Shown here one piece after another: positions 28,282 to 37,795 of a DNA stretch of 64,000 nucleotides. Below the pieces are notes generated by a model, which did no database searches, had not been told where the DNA came from, and was given only the letters and a program-made list of their open reading frames with translations. The translations under genes were made by a program, and so were the position numbers. Each line of letters begins with the position of its first letter. Within the stretch, counting starts at the first letter, position 1. This DNA is from Minisyncoccota bacterium (GTDB lineage: Bacteria > Patescibacteriota > Minisyncoccia > UBA6257 > 2-01-FULL-56-20), in assembly GCA_035509435.1 (NCBI GenBank), contig DATJLR010000002.1, positions 5,774 to 69,773 of the forward strand. Direction: 5' to 3'.

Positions 28282-28857
28282 ATGGCACTTAACCATCCGC
28301 ACTCAAGCACGCAAAACGAAAAGCCGGCCGTCCGCCAGTGGTACGCCGTGCAGACGTATTCGGGCTACGAAGAGGCGGTCGCGCGCTATCTCAAACAGCG
28401 CGTGGAATCGCTCACGATGGGCGACAAGATATTCAACATCCTCGTCCCCAAGGAGAAAAAGATCAAAGTGAAGGCCGGCAAGCGCACGACCGTCGAGGAG
28501 AAGATCTATCCGGGCTATGTGCTCGTGGAGATGATCCTCACGGAGGATTCGTGGTACGTCGTCCGCAACACGCCGCGCGTGACCGGGTTCGTCGGTCCCG
28601 ACAACACGACGCCGACGCCGCTCTCCAAAGAAGAGGTGGACTTCCTTCTCGCGCGCACGGGCGAAGGCGACGGGAACAAGATGGTCCTTGACTTGAAGGT
28701 GGGCGATCTGGTAAAAATAACCGACGGTCCGTTCAAGGAATACGACGGCAAGATCGCCGAAGTGAACGAAGAGAAGGGCAGCATCAAGGTTTTGGTGCCC
28801 ATCTTCGGCCGCGACACCGCCGTGGAGCTGGATTCGCTCCAAGTGCGGAAGGTCTAG
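28282..28857 (+). CDS. nusG: Transcription termination/antitermination factor NusG
   Basis: WYAVQTYSGYE, IYPGYVLVEM, VRNTPRVTGFVG, KOW domain, IFGRDT.VEL. Confidence 0.97.
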   Translation: MALNHPHSSTQNEKPAVRQWYAVQTYSGYEEAVARYLKQRVESLTMGDKIFNILVPKEKKIKVKAGKRTTVEEKIYPGYVLVEMILTEDSWYVVRNTPRVTGFVGPDNTTPTPLSKEEVDFLLARTGEGDGNKMVLDLKVGDLVKITDGPFKEYDGKIAEVNEEKGSIKVLVPIFGRDTAVELDSLQVRKV

Positions 28858-28907
28858 CAACCAGCAAACCCAGTAACCAGGTCACCCAGTAACGAATTAC
28901 AAGAACC

Positions 28908-29126
28908 ATGCCTCCCATCACCACATCCCAGCAGTGCTTTTTCTGCTCGCAGAACTTAAAGAACATCGACTACAAGGAGATCGACCTCTTGCGCCGGTTC
29001 GTTTCGAGCCAGTCAAAGATCATCGACCCACGCCACACGCACATTTGCGCGAAGCACCAGCGCAAGCTCGCCACCGCGATCAAGCAGGCGCGGTTTATGG
29101 GGCTACTTCCCTATATAAGAAAATAA
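28908..29126 (+). CDS. rpsR: 30S ribosomal protein S18
   Basis: CFFC..IDYK..LLRRF...KI..R..T.ICAKHQR.L..AIK.AR..GLLPY. Confidence 0.95.
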   Translation: MPPITTSQQCFFCSQNLKNIDYKEIDLLRRFVSSQSKIIDPRHTHICAKHQRKLATAIKQARFMGLLPYIRK

Positions 29127-29183
29127 CAACGAGGGCCGATGCGACGTCGGCCCTTTTTGTTTTGCGTGCTATAATAGAAAAAT

Positions 29184-29720
29184 ATGTTTTTACTCGACGA
29201 GAAGGTCTTCCAGTTCCTCTACGCGTCCGGGCACCATAACGCGTTCTGGAACGTGCTTGCGATATTTTTCGCCCAGTGGATGCCGTATCTGCTCTGCGCC
29301 GCATTTCTGTTGCTCGTCTATTATCAAAAAGGATGGCGCCGGAGGGTATATCTTTTTTGCGAGGGCATGCTTGCCATCATCCTGGCGCGCGGGATCGTCA
29401 CGGAGGTGATCCGCTATTTCTATCACGAGCCGCGCCCGTTCTCGTTCTACGGGTTCGCGCCGCTCTTCAACGAGACCGGATGGTCGTTCCCATCCGCGCA
29501 CGCCGCGTGGTTCTTCGCGCTCGCGCTTGTGGTCTTCTTCGCCAATCGCAAATGGGGATGGTGGTTTCTCGGGCTTTCGATACTGATGGGACTCGCGCGG
29601 ATCTACGCCGGCGTCCACTGGCCGATCGACATCGTGGGCGGCGCGGCAGTGGGTCTCGCGTGCGCGTGGTTCGTCCACTGGATGCTTAAAGGGAGCAGGC
29701 GGGGATTGGAACAGGCATGA
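29184..29720 (+). CDS. PAP2 family phosphatase (BcrC-like undecaprenyl-PP phosphatase)
   Basis: PRPF, SFPSAH, ARIYAGVHWPID. Confidence 0.88.
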   Translation: MFLLDEKVFQFLYASGHHNAFWNVLAIFFAQWMPYLLCAAFLLLVYYQKGWRRRVYLFCEGMLAIILARGIVTEVIRYFYHEPRPFSFYGFAPLFNETGWSFPSAHAAWFFALALVVFFANRKWGWWFLGLSILMGLARIYAGVHWPIDIVGGAAVGLACAWFVHWMLKGSRRGLEQA

Positions 29721-30463
29721 AGCTTATCTCGCTCAACACATGGGCGGGCCGCGGCGGTAACAGGGAGCTTTTGGATTTTTTCGCGCGGAATAAGGGTACG
29801 ACAGACATTTTTTGTTTGCAGGAAATTTGGGAAGGCGGCCATGAGAAAAAAGATATGTGGGGCCCTAACGTGGATTCGCTGCTGTATACCCACCTGAAGG
29901 AAGTCCTTGATGGATATAATTCATTTTTCTATCCGCACTTTTTCGGATTTTTCGGATTAGCGATATTCGTTAAGAAGGAAATCAACATTTTAGAAGAGGG
30001 AGAAGAATTTGTTTTTAAGGGTCGTGAGAACATGTTCGATAATATAGATGCCAAAAACGGTGCGCGTAACTTGGAATATGTGAAGATCGACACGCCCGCA
30101 GGAATTCGGGTGATCGTGAATTTTCATGGGCTTTGGAATGGCATCAGTAAGGAAGACACAGAAGATCGTTTTCGACAGGCGGAGAATCTCAGGCGTTTTC
30201 TTGATGGCCTCACCGACCCGCATGTCCTTTGCGGGGATTTTAATCTTTTGCCAAATTCAGAAAGCCTCAAATTGATACAGGGATCGAATATGCGCAACCT
30301 GATAAAAGAATTCGGCATTACTTCCACACGTTCCAGTTTCTATAAAAAGGATCAGCGTTTCGCCGATTACACGCTGGTGAGCGAGGGCATCACGGTGAAC
30401 GAGTTCAAAATATTGCCGGACGAGGTCTCGGACCACCTCGCCATGTATCTGGATTTTGAATGA
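29717..30463 (+). CDS. Endonuclease/exonuclease/phosphatase family protein
   Basis: SLNTW, DIFCLQE, CGDFN, ADY, VSDHL. Confidence 0.9.
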   Translation: MKLISLNTWAGRGGNRELLDFFARNKGTTDIFCLQEIWEGGHEKKDMWGPNVDSLLYTHLKEVLDGYNSFFYPHFFGFFGLAIFVKKEINILEEGEEFVFKGRENMFDNIDAKNGARNLEYVKIDTPAGIRVIVNFHGLWNGISKEDTEDRFRQAENLRRFLDGLTDPHVLCGDFNLLPNSESLKLIQGSNMRNLIKEFGITSTRSSFYKKDQRFADYTLVSEGITVNEFKILPDEVSDHLAMYLDFE

Positions 30464-31674
30464 AACTTGAATTCCCAAAAGGGTTTCTCTGGGGTGCTTC
30501 CACCGCCGCGCATCAGGTGGAGGGCGGAACGCGCAATAATTGGAGCGAGTGGGAGCGGTCGCCTGCGCGCCTGGCACAGCTTGAGCGCGACGGCTTGATC
30601 GCAAAGCATGGCCGCGAGAATTACATCTCCGGCGCGGCGTGCGATCACTATCGTCGCTACCCAGAGGACTTTGCGCTCGCGCGCCAGCTCGGCCATAATG
30701 CCACTCGCATCTCCATCGAATGGTCACGCGTGGAGCCGGAGGAGGGGAAGTTCGACGCTGCGGCGATCGCGCACTATCGGGACGTCATCGCCGCGATCCG
30801 CGCGAACGGCATGGAGCCGTTCGTCACGCTGTGGCACTGGACGGTGCCGCTCTGGTTCCGCCACAGGCACGAGTTCGAGCGCCAGGGGAACGTCCGCTAC
30901 TTCGTGCGCTTTGCGGAAAGGATGGCGCGCGAACTGCCGGACGTAAAATTCTGGATCACGCTGAACGAGCCGGCGGTCTACGCGAACGGACACTATCTGC
31001 GCGGCGACAAGCCGCCGCAGAAGCGCGATCCATTCCTTATGTTCGCGGTATATGAAAATCTCATCCGCGCCCATCGCGCCGCGTATCGTGCGATAAAGGC
31101 GGCACAGCCGGAGGCGCAGGTCGGCATCGCAAAGAATCAGATCTATTACGAGGCGCACAACGGCCGCGCATGGAATCGATTTCTCAAGCGCGCCGCGGAC
31201 TGGGCGTGGAACTTTTATTTTCTGGATCACATACAAGGGGCGCAGGACTTCATCGGCCTCAATCATTACTTTCACAATCGCATCGACGGATGGTTTGGCA
31301 AAAACGAGAACGCGCGCGTGAGCGACATGGGATGGGAGCTCTATCCCGAGGCGATCTACCACGTGCTCGTCGACCTCAAAAAATATAACGTGCCCATCTA
31401 TGTGACCGAGAACGGCCTGGCGGATGCGCGTGACGCGCAGCGCGAATGGTTTTTGCGCGAGACGCTCGCGAACGTTCACCGCGCGATGAGCGATGGCGGC
31501 GTGGACGTGCGCGGCTATCTGCACTGGTCGCTTATGGACAACTTTGAGTGGCAGCACGGTTTCTGGCCGCGCTTCGGCCTCGTCGAGATCGACTACGCTA
31601 CACAGGCGCGGAAGCCGCGCCCGTCGGCGCTGTTCTATAAGAAGGTGTGCGAGGGGAATGCAGTGGAAGGATAA
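30460..31674 (+). CDS. Glycoside hydrolase family 1 (beta-glucosidase-like)
   Basis: FLWGASTAAHQVEG, TLNEP, YVTENG, WSLMDNFEW. Confidence 0.95.
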   Translation: MKLEFPKGFLWGASTAAHQVEGGTRNNWSEWERSPARLAQLERDGLIAKHGRENYISGAACDHYRRYPEDFALARQLGHNATRISIEWSRVEPEEGKFDAAAIAHYRDVIAAIRANGMEPFVTLWHWTVPLWFRHRHEFERQGNVRYFVRFAERMARELPDVKFWITLNEPAVYANGHYLRGDKPPQKRDPFLMFAVYENLIRAHRAAYRAIKAAQPEAQVGIAKNQIYYEAHNGRAWNRFLKRAADWAWNFYFLDHIQGAQDFIGLNHYFHNRIDGWFGKNENARVSDMGWELYPEAIYHVLVDLKKYNVPIYVTENGLADARDAQREWFLRETLANVHRAMSDGGVDVRGYLHWSLMDNFEWQHGFWPRFGLVEIDYATQARKPRPSALFYKKVCEGNAVEG

Positions 31675-31796
31675 TTTTGCGGCTATTTTTATTTTTAAAA
31701 TTGTGATACAATTCCGCTGCGATATGTGTGGCGCATTTATTCTGAAAACAAAAGATTAAAACTTCATAAAATTTTTGTTGACTCACGCAAATTTAT

Positions 31797-32129
31797 ATGG
31801 CAAGATACTGGAACACAAATTATACATCGCCATTGGCAGAAGATCTGCAATTAAAGGTTAGCTTGAAGATTGACAAAGGCAAGGTGGTAAGGTTTTCCGT
31901 GGTGCTGCGAAACAAAATTGGGCCAAGTTGGTATAATATAAAGAGATACGATAACACCAAAAAACACGACTCAAAGCCTCATTGTCATATTTATAAACAA
32001 AATGGAACCCACCACAGGGAATTTATCGGGGACGAAAAAGCGGACCTAGGCCCGATGGTCACCGACGTCATAAAAGATATAACAAAGAATTTCAAAGAGA
32101 TAGTCGAAAACTATAAGTACTCAAAATAA
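31797..32129 (+). CDS. Hypothetical protein, putative toxin of a two-gene module
   Basis: AT-rich; IKRYDN..KHD..PHCH His-rich motif. Confidence 0.55.
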   Translation: MARYWNTNYTSPLAEDLQLKVSLKIDKGKVVRFSVVLRNKIGPSWYNIKRYDNTKKHDSKPHCHIYKQNGTHHREFIGDEKADLGPMVTDVIKDITKNFKEIVENYKYSK

Positions 32130-32130
32130 T

Positions 32131-32391
32131 ATGACCAAATCAGAGATAGTTTCTAAAAACCTGGCTTTATCGGCAGACTTCAATAGTTTTATTTCGACAA
32201 GACCGGACATGATGAAAAAGATCCCGAACAATGCCTTTGTCATCTTTGAAGTAAAGTCCGACAAAAAACTTTCCGACTTTAACAGGGAAATTGTCCGGTC
32301 GAAACCAAAGAAGAATATATTTGTTGCCTGTAAATCTGGGAAGGGGTGGCAAATAGATTCATTCAAAAGCCGTTTCGGAGTTGCGATATAG
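32131..32391 (+). CDS. Small hypothetical protein (DUF5647-like, putative antitoxin)
   Basis: KNL.LS.DF..FI...P.....IP.NA.V......D..L...N; starts 2 nt after the upstream stop. Confidence 0.55.
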   Translation: MTKSEIVSKNLALSADFNSFISTRPDMMKKIPNNAFVIFEVKSDKKLSDFNREIVRSKPKKNIFVACKSGKGWQIDSFKSRFGVAI

Positions 32392-32447
32392 AGCGATTTT
32401 CAAGGGAAATTATGGATGGCTCAGCAGGTGAACGCTGAGCCATTCTT

Positions 32448-34235
32448 TTACCCTCCAAACCCCGTCTGCATCTCGTAGAGGCCGCGATAGACGCCGCCGG
32501 GCTGCTGCATGAGCATGGCGTGGTTGCCCTGCTCTACGATCTCGCCGTTCTTGAGGACCAGGATCAGGTCAACTTCGCGGACGGTGGAGAGCCGGTGGGC
32601 GATGATGAACGTGGTGCGGCCGGCCATCAGCTTCTCGAGAGAGGTTTTGATGAGCTGTTCGGATTTTGCGTCGAGCGCGGACGTCGGCTCGTCGAGCACC
32701 AGAATGTCCGGGTTGCGCAAAAATGCGCGGGCGAGCGCGATGCGCTGCTTCTGGCCGATGGAGAGCTTGACGCCGCGCCAGCCGACGATCGTGCGATATT
32801 TCTTTGGGAACGCCTCTATGAAATCCTGCGCATAGGCGTCGCGGCACGCGGCCACCATCTCGTCGTACGTCTTGCCGGGATTGCCGTAGCGGATGTTCGC
32901 CTCGATCGTGTCGTTGAAGAGCGTCGGCTCCTGCGGAACGATGCCCACGCGCGAGCGGTAGTCCTTGAGATTTATTTTTTTGATGTCCACGCCGTCGATC
33001 AAAATGTGCCCTTTCTGCGGGAAATAAAATCCGGAAAGGAGATCGATGATCGTCGTCTTGCCGACGCCGGATTCGCCGACGAGCGCGATCTTCTGGCCGG
33101 GCCGGGCGTGGAAGGAAATGCCCTTCAGCGTTTCAATGTTGCTCTTGTACGCAAAGCGCACGTCTTTGAATTCCACGTCGCCCTTGATCGTCGTGAGCGA
33201 GATGCCGCCGGTCGGCGTATAGATCTCCACCGGCTGGGAGAGCAGTTTGTCCGCCCGCACGATCGCCACGAGGCCGTTCTGGATCGTCTGCCACTGCTGG
33301 CCAAGGAGGACGAACGGCCCGAGGATCATCGCTGCGTATCCATTGAATGCCACGAGGCCGCCCGGCGTGAGCGTGCCGTTGCGCACGAAGAATATCGAGA
33401 TGACGAAGATCGCGAGCTGGGTGAGCGAGACGAGCATCTTTTGCGCGAACGTGAGGCGCGCGAAGATCGTGTTGAGGTCCACCCAGAACTGCGCGGCGCG
33501 GTGGATGAAGTTGCGGCGGATCTTCGTGCGCTCCTGCTTTTCCGTCGCGGCCTGCTTGATCTCGCGGATGTTGCCGAGCGCGTCGTGCGCGTCGCCGTAC
33601 GCGCGGTTCCACGCGCGGTGCATGCGCTTCTGGAGGCCGGAGAGCCGCGGCACGGCGCTCCACAAAATGCCGGCGTAGACCACGATCGCCGCCAGGAGCA
33701 CGAGTGTCAGCTGCCAGTTGATGAAATAGGTGATGATGAGCGCGACGCCGATGCTCAAAAAGCTCGGCAGGAGGGTGAGCAGGGAATTGCCCACGATCTG
33801 GTCCATCCAGTTCGCCGCGCGGGTGATGCGGTCGCTCGTGTCGCCCTGCTTTTGCATGGTGTGGAAGGCGAGCGGCATCTCAAAAAGCTTGGCGAAACCC
33901 TCCGCCGTGTACTCGGCCTGGAGGAACGTGCTCAGCTTGTCGTTCTGAAATCCGCTCCACCAGCTGATAAAGTTGCTTACGAGCTGCAGGGCGGTCCATA
34001 TCATGAGCAGGTCGATGAACGGCATGAGCACCGCCGCCCGATTTTGGGAGATCGTAATGATCGCGTCAAAGATCTTTCCGGACACGAGCGGGACGAACGC
34101 CTGCGCCGTGGCGTTGAGCAACCCAAAGACGGAGAGCCAGATGAGGATCTTTTTGTACGGACGCAGCTGCCGCGCGATGATCGCGGCGCCATTAAAAAAT
34201 GTGCTCCGGTTGATGCCGGACGGTGAACGTGCCAT
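32448..34235 (-). CDS. ABC exporter, fused TMD-NBD
   Basis: TM domain; GESGVGKTT, LSIGQKQR, LVLDEPTSALD, IAHRLST. Confidence 0.95.
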   Translation of the reverse strand: MARSPSGINRSTFFNGAAIIARQLRPYKKILIWLSVFGLLNATAQAFVPLVSGKIFDAIITISQNRAAVLMPFIDLLMIWTALQLVSNFISWWSGFQNDKLSTFLQAEYTAEGFAKLFEMPLAFHTMQKQGDTSDRITRAANWMDQIVGNSLLTLLPSFLSIGVALIITYFINWQLTLVLLAAIVVYAGILWSAVPRLSGLQKRMHRAWNRAYGDAHDALGNIREIKQAATEKQERTKIRRNFIHRAAQFWVDLNTIFARLTFAQKMLVSLTQLAIFVISIFFVRNGTLTPGGLVAFNGYAAMILGPFVLLGQQWQTIQNGLVAIVRADKLLSQPVEIYTPTGGISLTTIKGDVEFKDVRFAYKSNIETLKGISFHARPGQKIALVGESGVGKTTIIDLLSGFYFPQKGHILIDGVDIKKINLKDYRSRVGIVPQEPTLFNDTIEANIRYGNPGKTYDEMVAACRDAYAQDFIEAFPKKYRTIVGWRGVKLSIGQKQRIALARAFLRNPDILVLDEPTSALDAKSEQLIKTSLEKLMAGRTTFIIAHRLSTVREVDLILVLKNGEIVEQGNHAMLMQQPGGVYRGLYEMQTGFGG

Positions 34236-34280
34236 AGGACTTATATTATACTATAAAAATCAAAGTCGGGCGAATGCCGT

Positions 34281-34454
34281 TCACGACCGTTCGAGCGCCG
34301 CAAGTTCGCTTTTGAGATTCAGCACGATCGCGCTTTTCTCGTCGTCCGAAAGGTCGGCGAAGATCGATTCCCAGTAGCGCAGTTCGTCCGCTTCCTCGCC
34401 GAGGGCGATGAGCTTTTCCACCACGTCGTGCAGTTCGCGGGCGCGGTCGTCCAT
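34281..34454 (-). CDS. Small acidic helical hypothetical protein (57 aa)
   Basis: Translated by hand: MDDRARELHDVVEKLIALGEEADELRYWESIF...LERS; host-like codon usage, within operon. Confidence 0.6.
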   Translation of the reverse strand: MDDRARELHDVVEKLIALGEEADELRYWESIFADLSDDEKSAIVLNLKSELAALERS

Positions 34455-34458
34455 GCGG

Positions 34459-34983
34459 TCAGTTCAAGTTCAGCGTGGGAAGGTCGGGGTCTCCCGCGGG
34501 GACCTCCAGCATTGAACGCCCCACCTCTTTTGCGAGCGCCGCCTTATCCTTCAAAAATGATCCGGTCTTTTCCACGAACGGCGCCATTGACGGGATGAGC
34601 TTTCGTGCCAGGGCCTCCGTCCCGTCAAGAAGCTCGGGGCCGAACTCCGTGGCGCTCCGCTCCCACGCGGCTGCGCGCGCGGCAAGCGCCTCGGTCTCCA
34701 TCCCCGAAAAATAGAGGATATAGGAAAGCGTGAGGAAGCCGGCGATGGCGGCATAGTTGAGCCGCTCCTGCGGATTGAGCTTTTTCCCGACAAGCGTCTC
34801 GCCGCGCGCCGCGAACGCCGCCAATCCCGCGACATCGGCGCCGGGCGTGAGGAGGGCCACCGATTCCACGGTCCTGCGGTTGAATATTTTTGAGAGCAGG
34901 CGCGCGCGTTCTCCTTTGTATCGCTCCATCACGGCCTCTTTCTCCACCTGAGCTTCCGGGACGGGCATCGTTTCCATCGGCAT
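34459..34983 (-). CDS. Hypothetical protein
   Basis: ORF fills the gap after mscL; start uncertain. Confidence 0.55.
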   Translation of the reverse strand: MPMETMPVPEAQVEKEAVMERYKGERARLLSKIFNRRTVESVALLTPGADVAGLAAFAARGETLVGKKLNPQERLNYAAIAGFLTLSYILYFSGMETEALAARAAAWERSATEFGPELLDGTEALARKLIPSMAPFVEKTGSFLKDKAALAKEVGRSMLEVPAGDPDLPTLNLN

Positions 34984-35003
34984 AACGTTCGGATGGATCG
35001 GCG

Positions 35004-35426
35004 TTATTTCTTTGCGTCCGGCTGGACGCTCGTGCAGAACGCGCACCGGCGCGCGTGTACGGGAATGTTGCTGAGGCATTCGGGGCACGCCTTCGTGGTG
35101 GCCTCCGGCGGCGGCCCTTTATGGCGGTTGCTCCATTCGTTGATCGGAAGGACGATGAAGAAATAGATCGTCGCCGCGGTGATGATGAACGAGATCAGGT
35201 TGTTGATGAAATCGCCGTACATGAACTGGCTCCCGCGAAGCGTAAAGGTAAAGTTGGAAAAATTGGGCTGTTTGAATATCGCCGCGATGAGCGGGGTCAT
35301 CAGGTCTTTTACGAGCGAGGAGACGACGCTGTTGAACGCCGCGCCGATCATCACGCCGACGGCGAGGTCGATCACGCTGCCGCGCACGATGAACTGCTTG
35401 AAGCCCTTCAGTATATTTTTGATCAT
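35004..35426 (-). CDS. mscL: Large-conductance mechanosensitive channel
   Basis: FKQFIVRGSVIDLAVGVMIGAAF, YGDFIN; C-terminal CPEC...RCAFCT. Confidence 0.95.
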   Translation of the reverse strand: MIKNILKGFKQFIVRGSVIDLAVGVMIGAAFNSVVSSLVKDLMTPLIAAIFKQPNFSNFTFTLRGSQFMYGDFINNLISFIITAATIYFFIVLPINEWSNRHKGPPPEATTKACPECLSNIPVHARRCAFCTSVQPDAKK

Positions 35427-36016
35427 TGATATGGTTGGGTTTTCTCTTCACGCGCCTCCAATCGCGCGTCGCGGATGCTATGTATAATATAATACCCTAT
35501 TGAAAGCAGAATGATGACCCCGATCGTGTAATATTCGATATAGGTCCCCGAATAGCGGACGGCGCGCCCCAGATAATATCCGATGACGAGAAGTGTCGTC
35601 GAGCGGACGGCGTTCATGGGCGTGATATATTCCAAAAATTTCTGGTAGGCCATTTTTGAGGCCCCGGCGGCGATGAGAAAGAGCGATCCCACGCCGTACG
35701 ACGCTTTGCTGACAAGAAGGGTCTTCCCCGGATGTTTCTCGAAGTGCTGTTCCACTTTTTCGAGCCGCGCTTCGGTGATGTGAAGGAATTTTATCCGTTC
35801 GACGAACCTCCTGCCGCGGCTGCCGAGGGCAAAATAGAATGAATCGGAGATCAGGTCTCCGGCGAACACCACGAGAAACGTGGGGATCGGGCTCAGAATG
35901 CCGATCGATATGAGAAATCCGGAGACGAGCGTGATGATAGGCCCCTCTGCCGTGGCGACAGGAAAGATCACCCAGTACTTATATCGGATAAGGAACTGGA
36001 AAAGTTGGCGTGACAC
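35423..36016 (-). CDS. DedA family membrane protein
   Basis: EGP, GDLISD..YF.LG, hydrophobic pattern. Confidence 0.82.
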   Translation of the reverse strand: MSRQLFQFLIRYKYWVIFPVATAEGPIITLVSGFLISIGILSPIPTFLVVFAGDLISDSFYFALGSRGRRFVERIKFLHITEARLEKVEQHFEKHPGKTLLVSKASYGVGSLFLIAAGASKMAYQKFLEYITPMNAVRSTTLLVIGYYLGRAVRYSGTYIEYYTIGVIILLSIGYYIIHSIRDARLEAREEKTQPYQ

Positions 36017-36025
36017 CAGAGTATT

Positions 36026-36538
36026 TTACTGTACTGCGAGCGGCGCGTCGAGAACCACGATTTGGGCTTTTTGGATGCCGAAATCGACGGCTTCCGTGCG
36101 GGTAGGCATCCAAATATCCACGCGACCGGTGAATTTCTCGCTCGTCCGGTCTTCCACGGTGAATATCTTATTGCCGAAGAGCGCGGGAATTTCTATCTCA
36201 GTTCCGAAGGGAAGAAGGTTGTCCGCCACGACTCCATCATGCACCATAGCCCCCGAAGCGGTGATCAGGGGATGGTCGGATGTCTCGTCCGGATCGCTTG
36301 TATAGGCGGTTACCCATACCGTCTTGGTTTCTGGCGCGTTCGCGACCGTTGCGATGGGGGCCACGGCCAAAACCGCGTTCGGATAGGCCTCCGCCGTAGT
36401 GCTTTGAGGATGAAGGATGGCGGTATCGGCCTTAATGCCAGCCGGCCAGACCAAAAGGCCTGCCACCATCAGAAACAGCATGCATTTATTGGCTTTCCCA
36501 ATAAAAAAGCCCCTCTCGGGGTATCGTTTATTACTCAT
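36026..36538 (-). CDS. 3D-domain (lytic transglycosylase-like) secreted protein
   Basis: VTAYTS..DETSDHPLITASG, LPFGT, VEDR, RVDIWM. Confidence 0.85.
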   Translation of the reverse strand: MSNKRYPERGFFIGKANKCMLFLMVAGLLVWPAGIKADTAILHPQSTTAEAYPNAVLAVAPIATVANAPETKTVWVTAYTSDPDETSDHPLITASGAMVHDGVVADNLLPFGTEIEIPALFGNKIFTVEDRTSEKFTGRVDIWMPTRTEAVDFGIQKAQIVVLDAPLAVQ

Positions 36539-36611
36539 TGAGTTGTACTGGCATTTTAGCAGGGCCTGCTCAAAAAGTCAACCGGCTTTGCCCGGAATGC
36601 TCCGGAAGGCC

Positions 36612-37631
36612 CTATTTTACGAAGTTTTCTACGATCTCCCGGACTTCGGCGGCATCCGTGGCTTCCATAAGCTTCAGCCGGAGCTCTCTTGCCCCGTCGA
36701 AGGAGGTAAGCCCTGCCGGCGAACCGCTCGTGTAGGATTTATAGTGTTTTTTCATGACCTCGAAGTTCTTTATCCGGCCTCCCTGGCTTACCGGACGGAG
36801 GTCATTGCTCCGGTATAGCTCCTGAAAGAGCTCGGTGTGGGTCGCAAGGCGGGTAAGCCGTTCCCGGACGTCCGGCACCCGGCCGGAAAAAAACCACGGA
36901 TTGCCGAAGGCGCCGGTTCCTATCATCACTCCGTCCATGCCTGCCGCTTCGGCTTTTTGTCGCCCATCCGCCACGGACTCCACGTCTCCATTGCCGAGAA
37001 CGACGGTATCGGGAGAGATCCGGTTCCGGAGTTCCACGATCTTTGCGGCGACCTCCCAGTGCGCGGGGACGTCCGACATCTCGTTCCGGGTGCGAAGGTG
37101 GACGGTGAGCGCGGCCGGTTTTTCTTCGAGAAGGGCCGCAAGCCATCCGTCCATTTCGGCAATATCGCGATACCCGAGCCGCGTTTTTACGGAAACGGGC
37201 AGGCCGCCCGCGCCGCGCTTTGTGGCGCGGACGATCTCCCGCGCCCGCGCCGGATCTTTGATCAGCCCCGCGCCCGCGCCGGACCGTTCCACGCCGCGGT
37301 CGGGGCAGCCCATATTGATATCGATGCCGTCGAAACCGAGCTTTTTGACGAACGGCCCGATCTCTTCAAATTGCTCCGGCTTGCCGCCGAAGATCTGTGC
37401 GACGATCGGATGTTCGCCGGGCGTGAACCACAGGTCGGGCAGCAGCCGGTCCCGGCCGCGGGAGAGCAACCCTTCCACCGAGACGAATTCCGTCCAGAGG
37501 AGGTCCGGCTTGCCGCACTCGGCGAACATCCGCCGGAACGCGGCGTCCGTGACGTTCGCCATCGGCGCAAGCGTCATGATCGGGCGGGGCAGCGAGGCCC
37601 AGAAATTTTTAGGATCGGCGTCTTTTGCCAT
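36612..37631 (-). CDS. tRNA-dihydrouridine synthase
   Basis: LAPMANVTDAAFR, DINMGCP, PVSVKTRLG, GNGDV, DGVMIG. Confidence 0.93.
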   Translation of the reverse strand: MAKDADPKNFWASLPRPIMTLAPMANVTDAAFRRMFAECGKPDLLWTEFVSVEGLLSRGRDRLLPDLWFTPGEHPIVAQIFGGKPEQFEEIGPFVKKLGFDGIDINMGCPDRGVERSGAGAGLIKDPARAREIVRATKRGAGGLPVSVKTRLGYRDIAEMDGWLAALLEEKPAALTVHLRTRNEMSDVPAHWEVAAKIVELRNRISPDTVVLGNGDVESVADGRQKAEAAGMDGVMIGTGAFGNPWFFSGRVPDVRERLTRLATHTELFQELYRSNDLRPVSQGGRIKNFEVMKKHYKSYTSGSPAGLTSFDGARELRLKLMEATDAAEVREIVENFVK

Positions 37632-37795
37632 GATGCCCATTAGCATAATGGAAATAATGACGTAAGAAAAGGCAAAGATAAAAAAGGGGACGCCAGGGTG
37701 ACGTCCCGATTGCCTTGGATATCTCCTCAGGAGTAGGGAGATGTTTTGATTGTACCATAACCAAATTTTAATGAGCCAGTGGTAGGGTGGGTATT

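Noticed and set aside
32520-34226. Long antisense ORFs (also 12496-13959, 14027-15619, 7799-8935 and others)
   Set aside because: They shadow well-identified genes on the opposite strand, as expected from high GC3 codon bias, and have no motifs.
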